Part shown: positions 54,768 to 55,700 of the stretch, in pieces
How positions within the stretch are numbered: position 1 is the first letter of the stretch
Layout of the letters: every line of letters begins with the position of its first letter
From: Patescibacteria group bacterium
GTDB lineage: Bacteria > Patescibacteriota > Minisyncoccia > 2-02-FULL-40-12 > IGHO2-01-FULL-4-A
DNA: 55,700 bases
Direction: 5' to 3'
Assembly: GCA_038064915.1 (NCBI GenBank)
Contig: JBBTSB010000002.1
Location: 1 to 55,700, forward strand
The notes under the pieces: model-generated
Seen by the model: only the letters and a program-made list of their open reading frames with translations
Database searches by the model: none
What the model was told of the DNA's origin: nothing
Position numbers and translations under genes: made by a program

Positions 54768-55420
54768 TGCGCTTTGATATTCTGACGATCTTCCCGGACC
54801 TGTTTAAGAGCTTCTCCCAAGAAGCTCTTATTGCACGTGCCCAGGCAAAAAATATTATCTCTATCAATACGCACTTCTTGCGCGATTCAGGCGAAGGCCC
54901 GCATCGCAAAGTAGACGATCGACCCTATGGCGGGGGGGCTGGAATGGTCTTAATGCCAGGTCCGATTGCATCGGAACTGGCTAAAATCAAAATTAAAAAA
55001 TCAAAATGCAAAATAGTCGTATTTTCTGCTAAAGGAAAAAAGTTCAATCAGGCTATGGCAAGAAAATACGCAAAGCTCGATCAGCTCATCATGATCTGCG
55101 GGCGCTACGAAGGCATCGATGAACGCGTGGCGCAATACCTAGCTGACGAAGAAATTTCAATCGGCGACTATGTCCTCTTTGGCGGTGAAGTCCCCGCCAT
55201 GGTGGTCATGGAAGCGGTGACCCGATTGCTTCCCGAAAGTTTAGGCAATCCAGGATCTTTACACGAGGAAAGCTTTTCCAAACATATTCAAAAAGAATAT
55301 CCGTGGTATACACGACCCGAAGTCTGGCAAGGCCACCGCGTCCCTCCGGTGTTGCTTTCGGGTAATCACAAAAAGATTGAGGAGTGGCGAAGGAAAAAGA
55401 CTAGAATAAAGGCCTCTTGA
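54767..55420 (+). CDS. trmD: tRNA (guanine-N1)-methyltransferase
   Basis: VDDRPYGGGAGMV, CGRYEGIDERV, SIGDYVLFGGE, YTRPE, VLLSGNH. Confidence 0.97.
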   Translation: MRFDILTIFPDLFKSFSQEALIARAQAKNIISINTHFLRDSGEGPHRKVDDRPYGGGAGMVLMPGPIASELAKIKIKKSKCKIVVFSAKGKKFNQAMARKYAKLDQLIMICGRYEGIDERVAQYLADEEISIGDYVLFGGEVPAMVVMEAVTRLLPESLGNPGSLHEESFSKHIQKEYPWYTRPEVWQGHRVPPVLLSGNHKKIEEWRRKKTRIKAS

Positions 55421-55445
55421 CGTTGATAAGTTGCTCTGCTAAACT
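55417..55445 (+). promoter_or_regulatory. Putative rRNA operon promoter TTGACG-N17-TAAACT
   Basis: About 200 nt upstream of the 16S start. Confidence 0.55.
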
Positions 55446-55651
55446 ACCAACACGATGAGATAAAACCCTTACAAACACTGCATTTATTGAATGCTCGGGA
55501 TTGTCTCTTTATAGGGTCAGTCCCGAGTGTTTTTTACGGAAAGAACGTTGACAATTTTGATAGTGAGCAACGATACAAAAGATCCACCTACGTTATTTTG
55601 TATCGTTAACCAGATTAAGTAGTATAAGCGAAAGCTTAACTATTCTTTAAG

Positions 55652-55700
55652 AGAGTTTGATCCTAGCTCAGGATGAACGCTGGCGGCGTGGATAAGGCAT
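55652..55700 (+). rRNA. rrs: 16S rRNA, 5' end (truncated by the window)
   Basis: AGAGTTTGATCCTAGCTCAGGATGAACGCTGGCGGCGTGGATAAGGCAT. Confidence 0.97.

Noticed and set aside
55548-55576. Second rRNA promoter at TTGACA 55548
   Set aside because: No acceptable -10 at 16-18 nt spacing; may instead be a boxA-like leader element, which I cannot establish.
1-55700. Alternative genetic code 25 (TGA=Gly) as in Gracilibacteria/Absconditabacteria
   Set aside because: Conserved genes are full length under code 11 and several end at TGA at the expected position (infB, nusB, rnc, trmD).

Overview
This 55.7 kb window is core chromosome, not a prophage or defence island. The host is probably a Patescibacteria/CPR (Parcubacteria-like) bacterium. 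That call is an inference from the 16S 5' signature GGCGGCGTGGATAAGGCAT, the short IF2, MetRS and DnaX, the ECF+DUF5667 pair and a solitary VirD4/HerA-like ATPase; the standard genetic code is used. Contents in order: the tail of a probable recombinase reading antisense into a four-tRNA cluster; rbfA-infB; metG-terC-tatD; a small AT-rich island with an NYN RNase; leuS with the CP1 editing domain deleted; two ECF sigma/partner pairs; dnaX; tRNA-Gln; lemA-pyrG-htpX; an RHH/RelE-like toxin-antitoxin pair overlapping murD; a LAGLIDADG-like ORF ending inside tRNA-Ser(GGA); tdh-kbl; xth; four Nudix genes; a complete de novo pyrimidine pathway (carAB, pyrBCDEF, pyrG); dnaE; rpmF-nusB-rnc; rpsP-khpA-trmD; and the first 49 nt recognisable as 16S rRNA. 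The most interesting unexplained structures are five. (1) A consensus antisense promoter, hairpin and U-tract define a ~60-nt RNA over the 3' end of the NYN nuclease gene. (2) The LAGLIDADG-like ORF and tRNA-Ser form an overlapping unit. (3) Short palindromic or tandem-repeat DNA elements sit in frame inside housekeeping genes. (4) Four orphan cassettes each have a promoter, strong SD and 3' hairpin, in a region where many host genes look leaderless. (5) LeuRS lacks its editing domain. All annotations come from motif recognition by eye; no database searches were run.
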